Positions 51,214 to 60,420 of a DNA stretch of 64,000 bases are shown piece after piece. Source of the DNA: a virus. Its lineage: Duplodnaviria; Caudoviricetes. The translations under genes were made by a program, and so were the position numbers. Each line of letters begins with the position of its first letter. The first letter of the stretch is position 1. The stretch is taken from IMG/VR virus record IMGVR_UViG_3300032132_000748; one strand, 5' to 3'. A model generated the notes under the pieces. That model was given only the letters and a program-made list of their open reading frames with translations, had not been told where the DNA came from and searched no databases.

Positions 51214-51276
51214 CCAACTAGCGAACGGCCAATGATTTGGCTTTACAGGATATTTGTCAGGGATCGCTCCCCTTCA
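51176..51276 (-). ncRNA. candidate ~100-nt structured small RNA (possible Y-RNA-like Ro60 partner)
   Basis: Bounded by TTGACT-N17-TATGCT promoter and a strong terminator; hairpins GGGA-GCGA-UCCC (GNRA) and GCCAA-AUCA-UUGGC; no ORF; immediately upstream of ro60. Confidence 0.45.
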
Positions 51277-51282
51277 GTCCCA

Positions 51283-51311
51283 AGCATACCCCAGGCCACG
51301 AGCCGAGTCAA
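51283..51311 (-). promoter_or_regulatory. sigma70-type promoter
   Basis: TTGACT (51311-51306)-N17-TATGCT (51288-51283). Confidence 0.7.
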
Positions 51312-51347
51312 GGGAGCCGTCAGAATTTTGACAACTAGCCGAGCCAG

Positions 51348-51379
51348 CAGGACTTATGGCTTGGCCCGCCATAAGTCCC
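51348..51379. repeat. palindromic element (possible operator)
   Basis: GGACTTATGGC-N7-GCCATAAGTCC perfect 11-bp inverted repeat. Confidence 0.6.
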
Positions 51380-51511
51380 GCAAAACCGACAAATCAGAGG
51401 TTGTTTGCTACACCTTATAGATGGGGCCTATTGAGAGGGAATATACAGAATTAATGCAGATGCTTTGGCTAATTTTCTGAAAAGATGTTAAAATCAATAT
51501 TGGAGTTTTCT

Positions 51512-52024
51512 ATGTACGTTGGCAACACTTTGGGTTCTTATGGCGGTTTATCAGATGCGTGGGGTTTTGGTGATACAAAACCCTCAATTGTTGATCCTAA
51601 GCAGTATATACCTCAAAAACATGACATTTTAAATGCTGATCAAGCATCTTTATATCTTAAGAGACCTGGCGATAGAAAGCCTCCTGCAACTAAAAATACT
51701 AAGGGAGGTGTCTATTGGACCAATACTGGTCCACAATTTTCGAATAAAAAAATAAAAATCGGCAAAAAAGCAGAGAAAGTTCCAGCACCTAAAATTAAAT
51801 TTAGACCTAACGTAGAGGTCGTCCGAGATTTACCAAAATTAGATCTCGCCCCTGTCCCCGGACAAACTCCCCCCAAAGAAGCTCCAAAAACAAAAGCCAA
51901 GGCGAAAGCTGCGGCAAAGACAAAACCCCTTGCGGGATTTGCAGATGCCAAGAAAGGCAGTATATTACCTCTCTTAATTCTAGGTTTGGTAATCATGGGA
52001 CTTGTAAGATACAATAAGTCCTAA
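51512..52024 (+). CDS. Lys/Pro-rich protein with C-terminal membrane anchor
   Basis: C-terminal ILPLLILGLVIMGLV; likely start ATG 51512 after GGAG. Confidence 0.6.
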   Translation: MYVGNTLGSYGGLSDAWGFGDTKPSIVDPKQYIPQKHDILNADQASLYLKRPGDRKPPATKNTKGGVYWTNTGPQFSNKKIKIGKKAEKVPAPKIKFRPNVEVVRDLPKLDLAPVPGQTPPKEAPKTKAKAKAAAKTKPLAGFADAKKGSILPLLILGLVIMGLVRYNKS

Positions 52025-52151
52025 TTGATTATGAATCGGGAACTTTTGGGCCATTTCTACAGCTTATCTTCTTTTATGCTCCAAAATTACTATTTAGTGG
52101 AACACATCACGCTCCTTGGGCTTGTGGTGTGCTATTTATTATAGGTGGGAT

Positions 52152-53525
52152 ATGCAACAAAACCAAAAAGATCGCGAGCCGAAAAACTCAGATCTAAAAC
52201 TTATTGAAAAAGAAAAAATTACCGATCAGATCCAACCTGATGATATGCTCTCGGTATACATGCGGCAGATGGGAAAAATCCCACTCCTTAGCCGCCCTAT
52301 AGAATTACATTTAGCAAAAAAAATCGACCATTTTCGACAAGGAGGCAGGACATTGATCCTGTCTTTTAGTCCTTTCTTTCATGAAGCTGTAGATTTAATT
52401 GATGGGGTGATACAAGGTAAGAACGCCGTGGACCGCACCTTAAAAATTAAAGATACATCCACCTTGTATGAATACGCAACAAGAAAAGAAGAATTACGAG
52501 AGAAATTAAAAGCAAATGTAGGAGAGATTTACACAACTAGCAGTCGAATTCTACTACACACTAATCCTAAAATAATAAGCTCTTATGTGAAACAAGGAGT
52601 TTCTCTTCTCGAAGATTGCGGGCTGCAAATTAAGTTCATCCATAAAATGTATAGAAGATTAATGGAGGTCACTAGAGATTCTTTTTCTGAGAGTGGCTTT
52701 AGGCTTTCTTGGAAAGAATTTGTAAAACGACGACAACTCACAAAATTATTATTTGATGTTTACGAGGATGCAAAGCAGGATTTGGCTAATGGTAATTTAC
52801 GTTTAGTTGTAAGTATTGCTAAGAAATATAGAAATAGCCAGGTCTCCTTTTTAGATATTATTCAAGAAGGTAACGCAGGATTAATGCGGGCTGTTGAGAA
52901 ATATGAATTCAGAAGAGGCTTTAAATTTTCAACATATGCTACTTGGTGGATTAGACAAAGTATAACTAGAAGTTTAAGCGACTCCTCCCGCGTTATTCGA
53001 TTACCTGTTCACATAGTAGAGCAACTCAGTAAAATTGAGAAAGCAGTTAGGAAACTCAGCCAAGAGTCTAATAACGACCCTACACCAGAACAAATAGTTA
53101 ACGAAGTAAGGGTAAACTTCAAACATCCAGATTTTTCATTAAATGATTACTATAGAATACAGAAAGTAGCAAATAGCCCTGTTTCCCTCGATAAGCCAGT
53201 TTCTGGTGATGCAGAAGAAAGTCTTTTTGGTGATCTTTTGGAAGATAAGAGCAACGAGAGTCCCGTACAGCTTGCAGCTAAAAACATGCTCAAAGAGAGA
53301 CTCCTATTAACCATAGACAGTCTTTCTGCCAGAGAAAGAGAAATCATTAAGCTTCGATTTGGTCTTGGTGATGGATATATTTATACACTAGAAGAGGTGG
53401 GTAAAATTTTCAAGGTAACCAGAGAAAGAGTTCGTCAAATTGAAGCCAAGGCTCTGAGAAAGCTTAGACATCCGAGTAGATGTAAAGATTTAGAGAGTTT
53501 CGTGGATAAAAAACAAACCACATAA
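52152..53525 (+). CDS. rpoD: RNA polymerase sigma-70 factor (RpoD-like, lacking region 1.1)
   Basis: Region 1.2 D..SVYMRQMGKIPLLS, region 2 NLRLVVSIAKKY...GFKFSTYATWWIRQSI, region 4 TLEEVGKIFKVTRERVRQIEAKALRKLRHP. Confidence 0.95.
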   Translation: MQQNQKDREPKNSDLKLIEKEKITDQIQPDDMLSVYMRQMGKIPLLSRPIELHLAKKIDHFRQGGRTLILSFSPFFHEAVDLIDGVIQGKNAVDRTLKIKDTSTLYEYATRKEELREKLKANVGEIYTTSSRILLHTNPKIISSYVKQGVSLLEDCGLQIKFIHKMYRRLMEVTRDSFSESGFRLSWKEFVKRRQLTKLLFDVYEDAKQDLANGNLRLVVSIAKKYRNSQVSFLDIIQEGNAGLMRAVEKYEFRRGFKFSTYATWWIRQSITRSLSDSSRVIRLPVHIVEQLSKIEKAVRKLSQESNNDPTPEQIVNEVRVNFKHPDFSLNDYYRIQKVANSPVSLDKPVSGDAEESLFGDLLEDKSNESPVQLAAKNMLKERLLLTIDSLSAREREIIKLRFGLGDGYIYTLEEVGKIFKVTRERVRQIEAKALRKLRHPSRCKDLESFVDKKQTT

Positions 53526-53575
53526 CATTGATATTTTAGATATTCCGCTTACCCTATTCAAATAGGAGCAGCAGA

Positions 53576-54040
53576 ATGCAACCAGTAACTCAACCTACCG
53601 TCAAAGTTCAACTTCTTTGTGATGAGGCTCAGCTTCCCGTAAGGAAGCACGCAACTGATGCAGGAATGGACATCCATTCGTGTGAAGAAATCCTAATTAA
53701 GGCATTCGATCCGAACGGCCCCGAAGAGGGGCATCGAGTTATGGTTCGCACAGGGCTAGCTTTTGGTATTCCTTATGGAACAGGAATGTTTATTTGGGAT
53801 CGTTCTGGGATGGCAGCTAAGCACGGAATACATAGAGTAGCCGGAGTATTAGACGAGTCCTACACGGGTGAGCTAAAAATTGCTCTCGTTAATCTATCTA
53901 ATAAAGACTATCTCATTAAGGTAGGAGACAGAATTGCTCAAGCTGTCATCTCCCCGGTATTACTCCCTACTTTAAAACAAGTTGATCTCTTAGAAGAGAC
54001 TATCCGAGGCTCGGGCGGCTTTGGAAGCACTGGGCGTTAA
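53576..54040 (+). CDS. dut: trimeric dUTPase
   Basis: AGMD, RSG.A, G.LD..Y.GE, GDRIAQ, RG.GGFGSTG. Confidence 0.95.
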   Translation: MQPVTQPTVKVQLLCDEAQLPVRKHATDAGMDIHSCEEILIKAFDPNGPEEGHRVMVRTGLAFGIPYGTGMFIWDRSGMAAKHGIHRVAGVLDESYTGELKIALVNLSNKDYLIKVGDRIAQAVISPVLLPTLKQVDLLEETIRGSGGFGSTGR

Positions 54041-54282
54041 TGATCGAAATCAAAGTAGAAAAAGACGAAACAAAGAAAAATAATTGGCATTTGATACTAC
54101 ACTTGGGGTTTTCATCATTCATTCCTCTCTATGGGGAGTTTTCTACCGAAGAGCAGGCCCAGGATCAAGCTGATGTTTATAACAAAGACTTAGAAAGGAC
54201 GCTTAAAGGTTGGTGTGCGGGCGAGGTTCGCGATGCAGTTAACACTAAATGGCTCCAATCAGCCTTAAAAGGAAAAATATAG
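54040..54282 (+). CDS. hypothetical protein
   Basis: 80-aa ORF coupled to dut. Confidence 0.55.
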   Translation: MIEIKVEKDETKKNNWHLILHLGFSSFIPLYGEFSTEEQAQDQADVYNKDLERTLKGWCAGEVRDAVNTKWLQSALKGKI

Positions 54283-54743
54283 TGCAACAGTTTGATGACT
54301 ATCAAAAATTTACGGAAGTAACTGTATCCTATCCTGAAGATTCTGCTATTGGCTATACTGTTATGGGCCTAATAGGAGAAACAGGCGAGTATGCCGAGAA
54401 AATAATGGATCTTACTGATCAAGTCAGTAAAGTTCAACCTGACGAAGAAGAAGCTTTTCAGGAATTAAAAGAGATTCTAGCACAAGCTATAGAGGTTGGC
54501 CATCGAGCCGAGGTTCTCAAAAAACAATTAAGAGCACGAAAAGCTAGAATCCCAAATATTATTATTTGGGGTAGCGATCAACGTGATAATCTACAAAAAG
54601 AAATGGGAGACGTGCTTTGGTATTGTACTAGAGCAACTTGCGCTCTAGGTATGAAACTATCTGAAGTTGTAGATAATAACGTTTCAAAATTGATAAGCAG
54701 ACTTAAACGTGGTGTAATACAAGGAGAAGGGGACAACCGTTGA
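54282..54743 (+). CDS. MazG-like NTP pyrophosphohydrolase
   Basis: YQ..., GL.GE.GE..E, KE.GDVLWY, N..KL..R...G.I.G.GDNR; probable GTG start at 54282. Confidence 0.88.
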   Translation: MQQFDDYQKFTEVTVSYPEDSAIGYTVMGLIGETGEYAEKIMDLTDQVSKVQPDEEEAFQELKEILAQAIEVGHRAEVLKKQLRARKARIPNIIIWGSDQRDNLQKEMGDVLWYCTRATCALGMKLSEVVDNNVSKLISRLKRGVIQGEGDNR

Positions 54744-55498
54744 TATCACGCATTGTTATAAATCTCTGTGGAAGAAAGAGAACCGGAAAAGAATCAGCAT
54801 TTAAGGTGATACAACCTTATGTAGATCGACCAGGAGAGTTTCAGTTCGCAACCCCGCTTAAAAAGTTCTGTATTGAAGTGTTGGGGCTAACTCAGGATCA
54901 ATGCTATGGAACTTCTGCGGATCGAGAAACCCCTACCAAGTATAATTGGTCCTGGGTTGATAGCGATATAAGAAAGAAATACGGAAAACCGGATGAGCAG
55001 GTTATGACTGCCAGAGATGTTCTCCAAGTGGTTGGAACAGATTTGATGCGACAGAAATTCTACAGAAATGTCTGGGCAGAAGCAGGGATTAGAGAGGCCG
55101 TTAATTCGACGGCTAATACCTGTATCTTCACCGATGGTCGGTTTCCTAATGAACTAGATTCTAGTCGAGACGCCTGGACCATGGACCAATCTTTTATGCC
55201 ATCGTCCATTGTTGTTCGATTGTATAGAGATACCGGACTCAGTGATGGCCATGATTCTGAAACAGCGCTAGATATATACGACATAGAGCCAAACCAAAGA
55301 AGAATAGCCCCAGAACACAGAAACAAGCTTATTGAAAGAGGATATCGAGAGATCAATGAGTCACTTTGGGAGTCTGATAGTAGTGAACTCCCTTTTGATT
55401 ACTTACTAGATAATAACTCTACGATAGAAAGTCTTCAAACCAACATTTTCTTTATTTTAAAGAAACGAGCAATCTTGGTGGAGCCAAGTTTGTCGTAG
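54740..55498 (+). CDS. deoxynucleoside monophosphate kinase
   Basis: G.K.TGK, FA.PLK, T.R..LQ..GT...R, TD.RF.NE, H.SE..LD. Confidence 0.85.
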   Translation: MISRIVINLCGRKRTGKESAFKVIQPYVDRPGEFQFATPLKKFCIEVLGLTQDQCYGTSADRETPTKYNWSWVDSDIRKKYGKPDEQVMTARDVLQVVGTDLMRQKFYRNVWAEAGIREAVNSTANTCIFTDGRFPNELDSSRDAWTMDQSFMPSSIVVRLYRDTGLSDGHDSETALDIYDIEPNQRRIAPEHRNKLIERGYREINESLWESDSSELPFDYLLDNNSTIESLQTNIFFILKKRAILVEPSLS

Positions 55499-55506
55499 GA
55501 GGAGTC

Positions 55507-55851
55507 TTGATAGAACTGAATATTAGAGCCGAGGATAAGTTCGGCATGGATTGGATAGGTAAGGAAGGCGATCCTTACACTATTTGTTTTACAATTGGAG
55601 GAATTACCTTCAAAAGCCCTAAGATGGCCCGCAAAGAAGCCGAAGCTATGAAAGAGGCTATCTGGGGCCTGACTCGGCACGAATGCCAACATCCTAAGGT
55701 CATACCTACTTTTGATGAAGACGCAGCTAAAGACCTAGGAACAGAAGAAATACGTAAACACTGGCCAAGGTTCTTCGGCAAGTGTCCAGATTGCGATTTT
55801 AACGGTATTATGTATGCCAGCTACGCCCACTACATTTTTGGCGACTGGTAA
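55507..55851 (+). CDS. hypothetical protein
   Basis: AGGAGG RBS; C-terminal PRF.G.CP.C...GI.YAS.AHY..GDW. Confidence 0.6.
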   Translation: MIELNIRAEDKFGMDWIGKEGDPYTICFTIGGITFKSPKMARKEAEAMKEAIWGLTRHECQHPKVIPTFDEDAAKDLGTEEIRKHWPRFFGKCPDCDFNGIMYASYAHYIFGDW

Positions 55852-56021
55852 TGAAACATTGTAGGTGGTGTTCTTTATGTTCTCCTGGGGGGAGATGCGC
55901 TGACTGGATTGTTAGCGGCGGAGAGAGTTTTTGTTGCATCAGATGCTATGAAAGATTTACAGAAGAGCACGGCCAAGCTAAGAATATACTTAGAAAACTT
56001 TTAAGACACAGATGCAAATAA
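55851..56021 (+). CDS. small Cys-rich protein (not in ORF track)
   Basis: MKHCRWCSLC...FCCIRCYERF...; coupled by TAATG overlap. Confidence 0.45.
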   Translation: MKHCRWCSLCSPGGRCADWIVSGGESFCCIRCYERFTEEHGQAKNILRKLLRHRCK

Positions 56022-56407
56022 TATCAACAGGATCAGGACCTTTTAAGGGGGATAAAACCTTTACTATGGTTCTCCCCGCAGGAACGTGGAACATTATTGG
56101 CGGGATTCAGGTCAATAGCACTGCGAGATCCTCGGGAAGAATTTCCATCCAAGAGCACCTGCACCGAACTCAAGGTGCTCGAAGGTTTCAATGGTATACA
56201 CGAAAGCGCGGGATACAGCATTTCACCCCAGGGTTTGTTTTACATCTAGATAAAGATACCATAATTGATATTAGGTTTGAAACAACGGGAGGTAGCCCAG
56301 AACTTGAAACGTATATTAGTTGCACTTTTTTGGCGGAGACAAAGCAAAAATGCAACTGCGATATGCAACTACTAATAGCACAAGGATGTAAATGTGGTGG
56401 AACGTAA
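56012..56407 (+). CDS. hypothetical protein with C-terminal CxC-x8-GCxCxG module
   Basis: Ends CNCDMQLLIAQGCKCGGT*. Confidence 0.7.
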   Translation: MQIISTGSGPFKGDKTFTMVLPAGTWNIIGGIQVNSTARSSGRISIQEHLHRTQGARRFQWYTRKRGIQHFTPGFVLHLDKDTIIDIRFETTGGSPELETYISCTFLAETKQKCNCDMQLLIAQGCKCGGT

Positions 56408-56678
56408 AAAAGCCTTAGACGAATACTTACTAGAACATATAGAAGATTATCAAAGAGCTACAATCGTATATGACATTGATGGCCCAATAGGTATCAGTGA
56501 AAGCGACAACGCTTGGATATCTTTATTAGCAGCCCAAGATAGGCATGATGATACACGAGATTTATCGTGGATTAATATATCTGAATTGAATACAGCAATT
56601 GCTTTACGAGAAGCCCTTGACCGGTTTATAGCCAAAAAAGAGAAAGAACGATGCCAGAAGGCCCAGAATGCCAATTAG
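56394..56678 (+). CDS. hypothetical protein
   Basis: GTG start inside the upstream Cys motif, AAGGA RBS. Confidence 0.55.
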   Translation: MVERKKALDEYLLEHIEDYQRATIVYDIDGPIGISESDNAWISLLAAQDRHDDTRDLSWINISELNTAIALREALDRFIAKKEKERCQKAQNAN

Positions 56679-57493
56679 TAGCCGATGCGGTCAAAGAGCA
56701 TTGTGAAGAACTCTTTGAATCGGCTGAGATAGTAGAAAATGTTCCAGGGAAACTTCACAGGTATTCCAGAAAACCCCCTAAGAACTTTTCAGAACTTCAA
56801 AATAAGCAATGGATCCTAAAAAACGCTTATACAAAAGGCAAGCTTATCTTTTTCGATATTGAAATCTATAAGACCGGAAAGAAGTGGGTAGGTCTTTCTA
56901 CTTTAGGGATGTCAGGCGACTGGAGGTTTAACTCCTCGGGTCATAAACATGCTCGACTTTCGTTCATTAGAGAACGAGGAGACCTTAGCCTAGTTGACGT
57001 TCGTTGTTTCGGAACCTTCCGGCTAGTAACCCCGGAAGAAGCTAGAGAAGCTAAGAACAAAATAGGCTGGGATTTACTTAAAGCCCCTATGCCCGAACCA
57101 GCCTGGGATCTTCTTAAACTTAACAAGAAGATCAAAGATAAACCTGTTGGGGAAATCTTGTTAAACCAAAACCTCTTTTCTGGGATTGGAAATATCTATA
57201 AATGCGAAACCATGTATGAAATAGGCATCAACCCTAAGCACACAGTAAGTTTTCTTCCCAAAGGTACGTGGAAAAAAATCAACATTACTGCCCACCAGAT
57301 TTTACAGAAAGCTTATGAGCTAGAAGGCTCTTCTATCGTTGATTTCACTGCTAACGGGGTGGAAGGTAAAGCACAGACTGTATTAAAGATTTACGGAAAA
57401 AAGAAGTGCCCTAGAGGTCACGAAGTTAGCACTATCAAACAAGGCAAAGGTTCAAATGAAAGAACTACCTGGTATTGTAAGAAGTGCTTGTAG
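56651..57493 (+). CDS. Fpg/Nei DNA glycosylase/AP lyase
   Basis: N-terminal MPEGPE, KGK, LGMSG, D.R.FG, H2TH LLNQ..FSGIGNIY..E, C-terminal zinc finger R.TWYC..C. Confidence 0.92.
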   Translation: MPEGPECQLVADAVKEHCEELFESAEIVENVPGKLHRYSRKPPKNFSELQNKQWILKNAYTKGKLIFFDIEIYKTGKKWVGLSTLGMSGDWRFNSSGHKHARLSFIRERGDLSLVDVRCFGTFRLVTPEEAREAKNKIGWDLLKAPMPEPAWDLLKLNKKIKDKPVGEILLNQNLFSGIGNIYKCETMYEIGINPKHTVSFLPKGTWKKINITAHQILQKAYELEGSSIVDFTANGVEGKAQTVLKIYGKKKCPRGHEVSTIKQGKGSNERTTWYCKKCL

Positions 57494-57500
57494 GTAACAT

Positions 57501-58391
57501 ATGCAAAAACACGAAGAATTCCAATACTTAGAGCTACTAGCCGATATAATGAACAACGGTGTAGACAAAGGTGATCGAACCGGCACCGGAAATCGATACG
57601 TCTTTTCAAGACACATGCGATTCTCTTTGCGCGATCAGTTCCCGATTCTAACTACTAAACGTGTTTACTGGCGAGGAATTGTTGAGGAATTGTTGTTCTT
57701 TCTTCGAGGGGATACCAATAGTCTCCATCTCGAAGAGAAGAAAGTAAATATCTGGAAAGGTAACACTCGACGAGAATTCCTAGACAACAAAGGTCTGAAT
57801 ATGCTACCGGAGGGTGATATAGGAACTTCCTACTCCCATCAATGGCGCAATTTTTCAGGAGAACATCCTCTTATCCCAGAAACAAAAGGGATGAAAGGGT
57901 TTGATCAAGTTAAATACGTTCTAGAAATGCTTAAAACCAACCCACTTGACCGAAGAATGATTATTAGCGGATGGAACCCTGCGCAGTTGAAGTATATGTC
58001 GCTCCCTCCTTGCCACCTGGTTTACCTGTTCAACGTTAATCCAGAGACTAATGAGCTAAATTGTCATATGACGCAACGTAGTTGTGATACCTTTTTAGGC
58101 GTGCCCTTCAACTTAAGTTCAATGGCATTAATGACTTATCTTTTTGCAGAAGTTTCTGGCTTTAAGCCGGGAGAGATAAGCTGGCTCGGGGTAGACGTTC
58201 ATCTCTACAAAGATCATATCGAGTCAGGAGTTGTCACCGAACAGGTGATGAGAGATCCTCGATCCTTCCCAACACTAAACATCAAAAAAGAACTTAACTC
58301 TCTTGAAGACATCGAAGCTCTCACTTATGAAGATTTAGAGTTAGTAGGCTACAAACCACACAAAAAACTTAAAGCCAAAATGGCTGTATAG
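57501..58391 (+). CDS. thyA: thymidylate synthase
   Basis: DRTGTG, PILTTKRV, EELLFF, RR.I..WNP, LPPCH, QRS.D.FLGVPFN, D.HLY. Confidence 0.96.
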   Translation: MQKHEEFQYLELLADIMNNGVDKGDRTGTGNRYVFSRHMRFSLRDQFPILTTKRVYWRGIVEELLFFLRGDTNSLHLEEKKVNIWKGNTRREFLDNKGLNMLPEGDIGTSYSHQWRNFSGEHPLIPETKGMKGFDQVKYVLEMLKTNPLDRRMIISGWNPAQLKYMSLPPCHLVYLFNVNPETNELNCHMTQRSCDTFLGVPFNLSSMALMTYLFAEVSGFKPGEISWLGVDVHLYKDHIESGVVTEQVMRDPRSFPTLNIKKELNSLEDIEALTYEDLELVGYKPHKKLKAKMAV

Positions 58392-58400
58392 GAGAATATT

Positions 58401-58688
58401 ATGTCATGCTACTACCCACCTAATTGGAAAAACAATTCTATAAAACAACTTCACGAAGAGATCAAACAGATACTCGCTTATGAGCCTCCGCGATATATGA
58501 CAAATTTTGGATCTAATCTATGGAAAACGCACACACCTGTTGTAATTAACGTTAATTTTGATGCTATAGGAAAAAATACTGCATATGATTTTAAAACCAT
58601 CAAAGTTGAAAATTTCTTCAAACCACGTAAATGCTCCTGTAAAACACAAACACTAATGGCCTGTGGTTGTCAGTGTGGTGGTGTCTAA
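58401..58688 (+). CDS. hypothetical protein with C-terminal CxC-x8-GCxCxG module
   Basis: Ends CSCKTQTLMACGCQCGGV*; AGGAG RBS. Confidence 0.75.
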   Translation: MSCYYPPNWKNNSIKQLHEEIKQILAYEPPRYMTNFGSNLWKTHTPVVINVNFDAIGKNTAYDFKTIKVENFFKPRKCSCKTQTLMACGCQCGGV

Positions 58689-58701
58689 TTAAAATGGACT
58701 A

Positions 58702-59055
58702 ATGAAGTTAGTCGAAATAGAATCCCCCTTTGCTGGACCCACAGTCGAAGATATAGAAAAAAATATTGAATATGCGAGAGCTTGTATGAGTGATTGTCTC
58801 CATCGAGGCGAGGCCCCCCTAGCCTCGCATATTCTATATACACAAAAAGGAATACTTGACGATACGATTCCCGAAGAAAGAAAACTTGGGATGGAAGCAG
58901 GTAAAGCCTGGTCTAAACTCGCTGAACTGGTCGTTGTTTATACTGACCGAGGCATGAGTAAAGGAATGAAGTGGGGTGTTGCGGAGGCAGAGAAGCATGG
59001 TATAACGGTTGAATACCGTAGTCTGCCGGAGTGGGTAGACTCTAATAATTCCTAG
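58702..59055 (+). CDS. conserved phage protein (nucleoside deoxyribosyltransferase-like fold)
   Basis: V.IESPFAG, N..YAR...D...RGE.P.ASH.LY, LDD..P.ER..G, S.GM..G. Confidence 0.65.
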   Translation: MKLVEIESPFAGPTVEDIEKNIEYARACMSDCLHRGEAPLASHILYTQKGILDDTIPEERKLGMEAGKAWSKLAELVVVYTDRGMSKGMKWGVAEAEKHGITVEYRSLPEWVDSNNS

Positions 59056-59129
59056 AGATCTGACGACAGGCCCTTGAGGCTCGGGCGTCTAAGGAGATAC
59101 CAGCCAAGAAGGTCTGGTAGGAGAATATC

Positions 59130-60326
<1,197 letters not shown>

Positions 60327-60343
60327 AATAGGGAGAAATCATT

Positions 60344-60374
60344 GAAATAGGTCGCTTCGGCGGCCTATTTCTTT
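60344..60374 (+). terminator. intrinsic terminator after tuf
   Basis: GAAATAGGTCGC-TTCG-GCGGCCTATTTC plus TTT; C(UUCG)G tetraloop. Confidence 0.9.
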
Positions 60375-60420
60375 GTACCGACATATCTTGTTGAAGTTAA
60401 GAAATCATATATCATGCAGT

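Noticed and set aside
51214-51420. tRNA gene, or the 62-aa + strand ORF 51232..51420
   Set aside because: No cloverleaf or proper T-arm found; the ORF lacks an RBS and overlaps a minus-strand promoter and palindrome
57501-58391. ThyA as a dCMP/dUMP hydroxymethylase for DNA hypermodification
   Set aside because: Retains the dUMP-specifying Asn (GVPFN), and DHFR and dUTPase are nearby: ordinary dTMP synthesis
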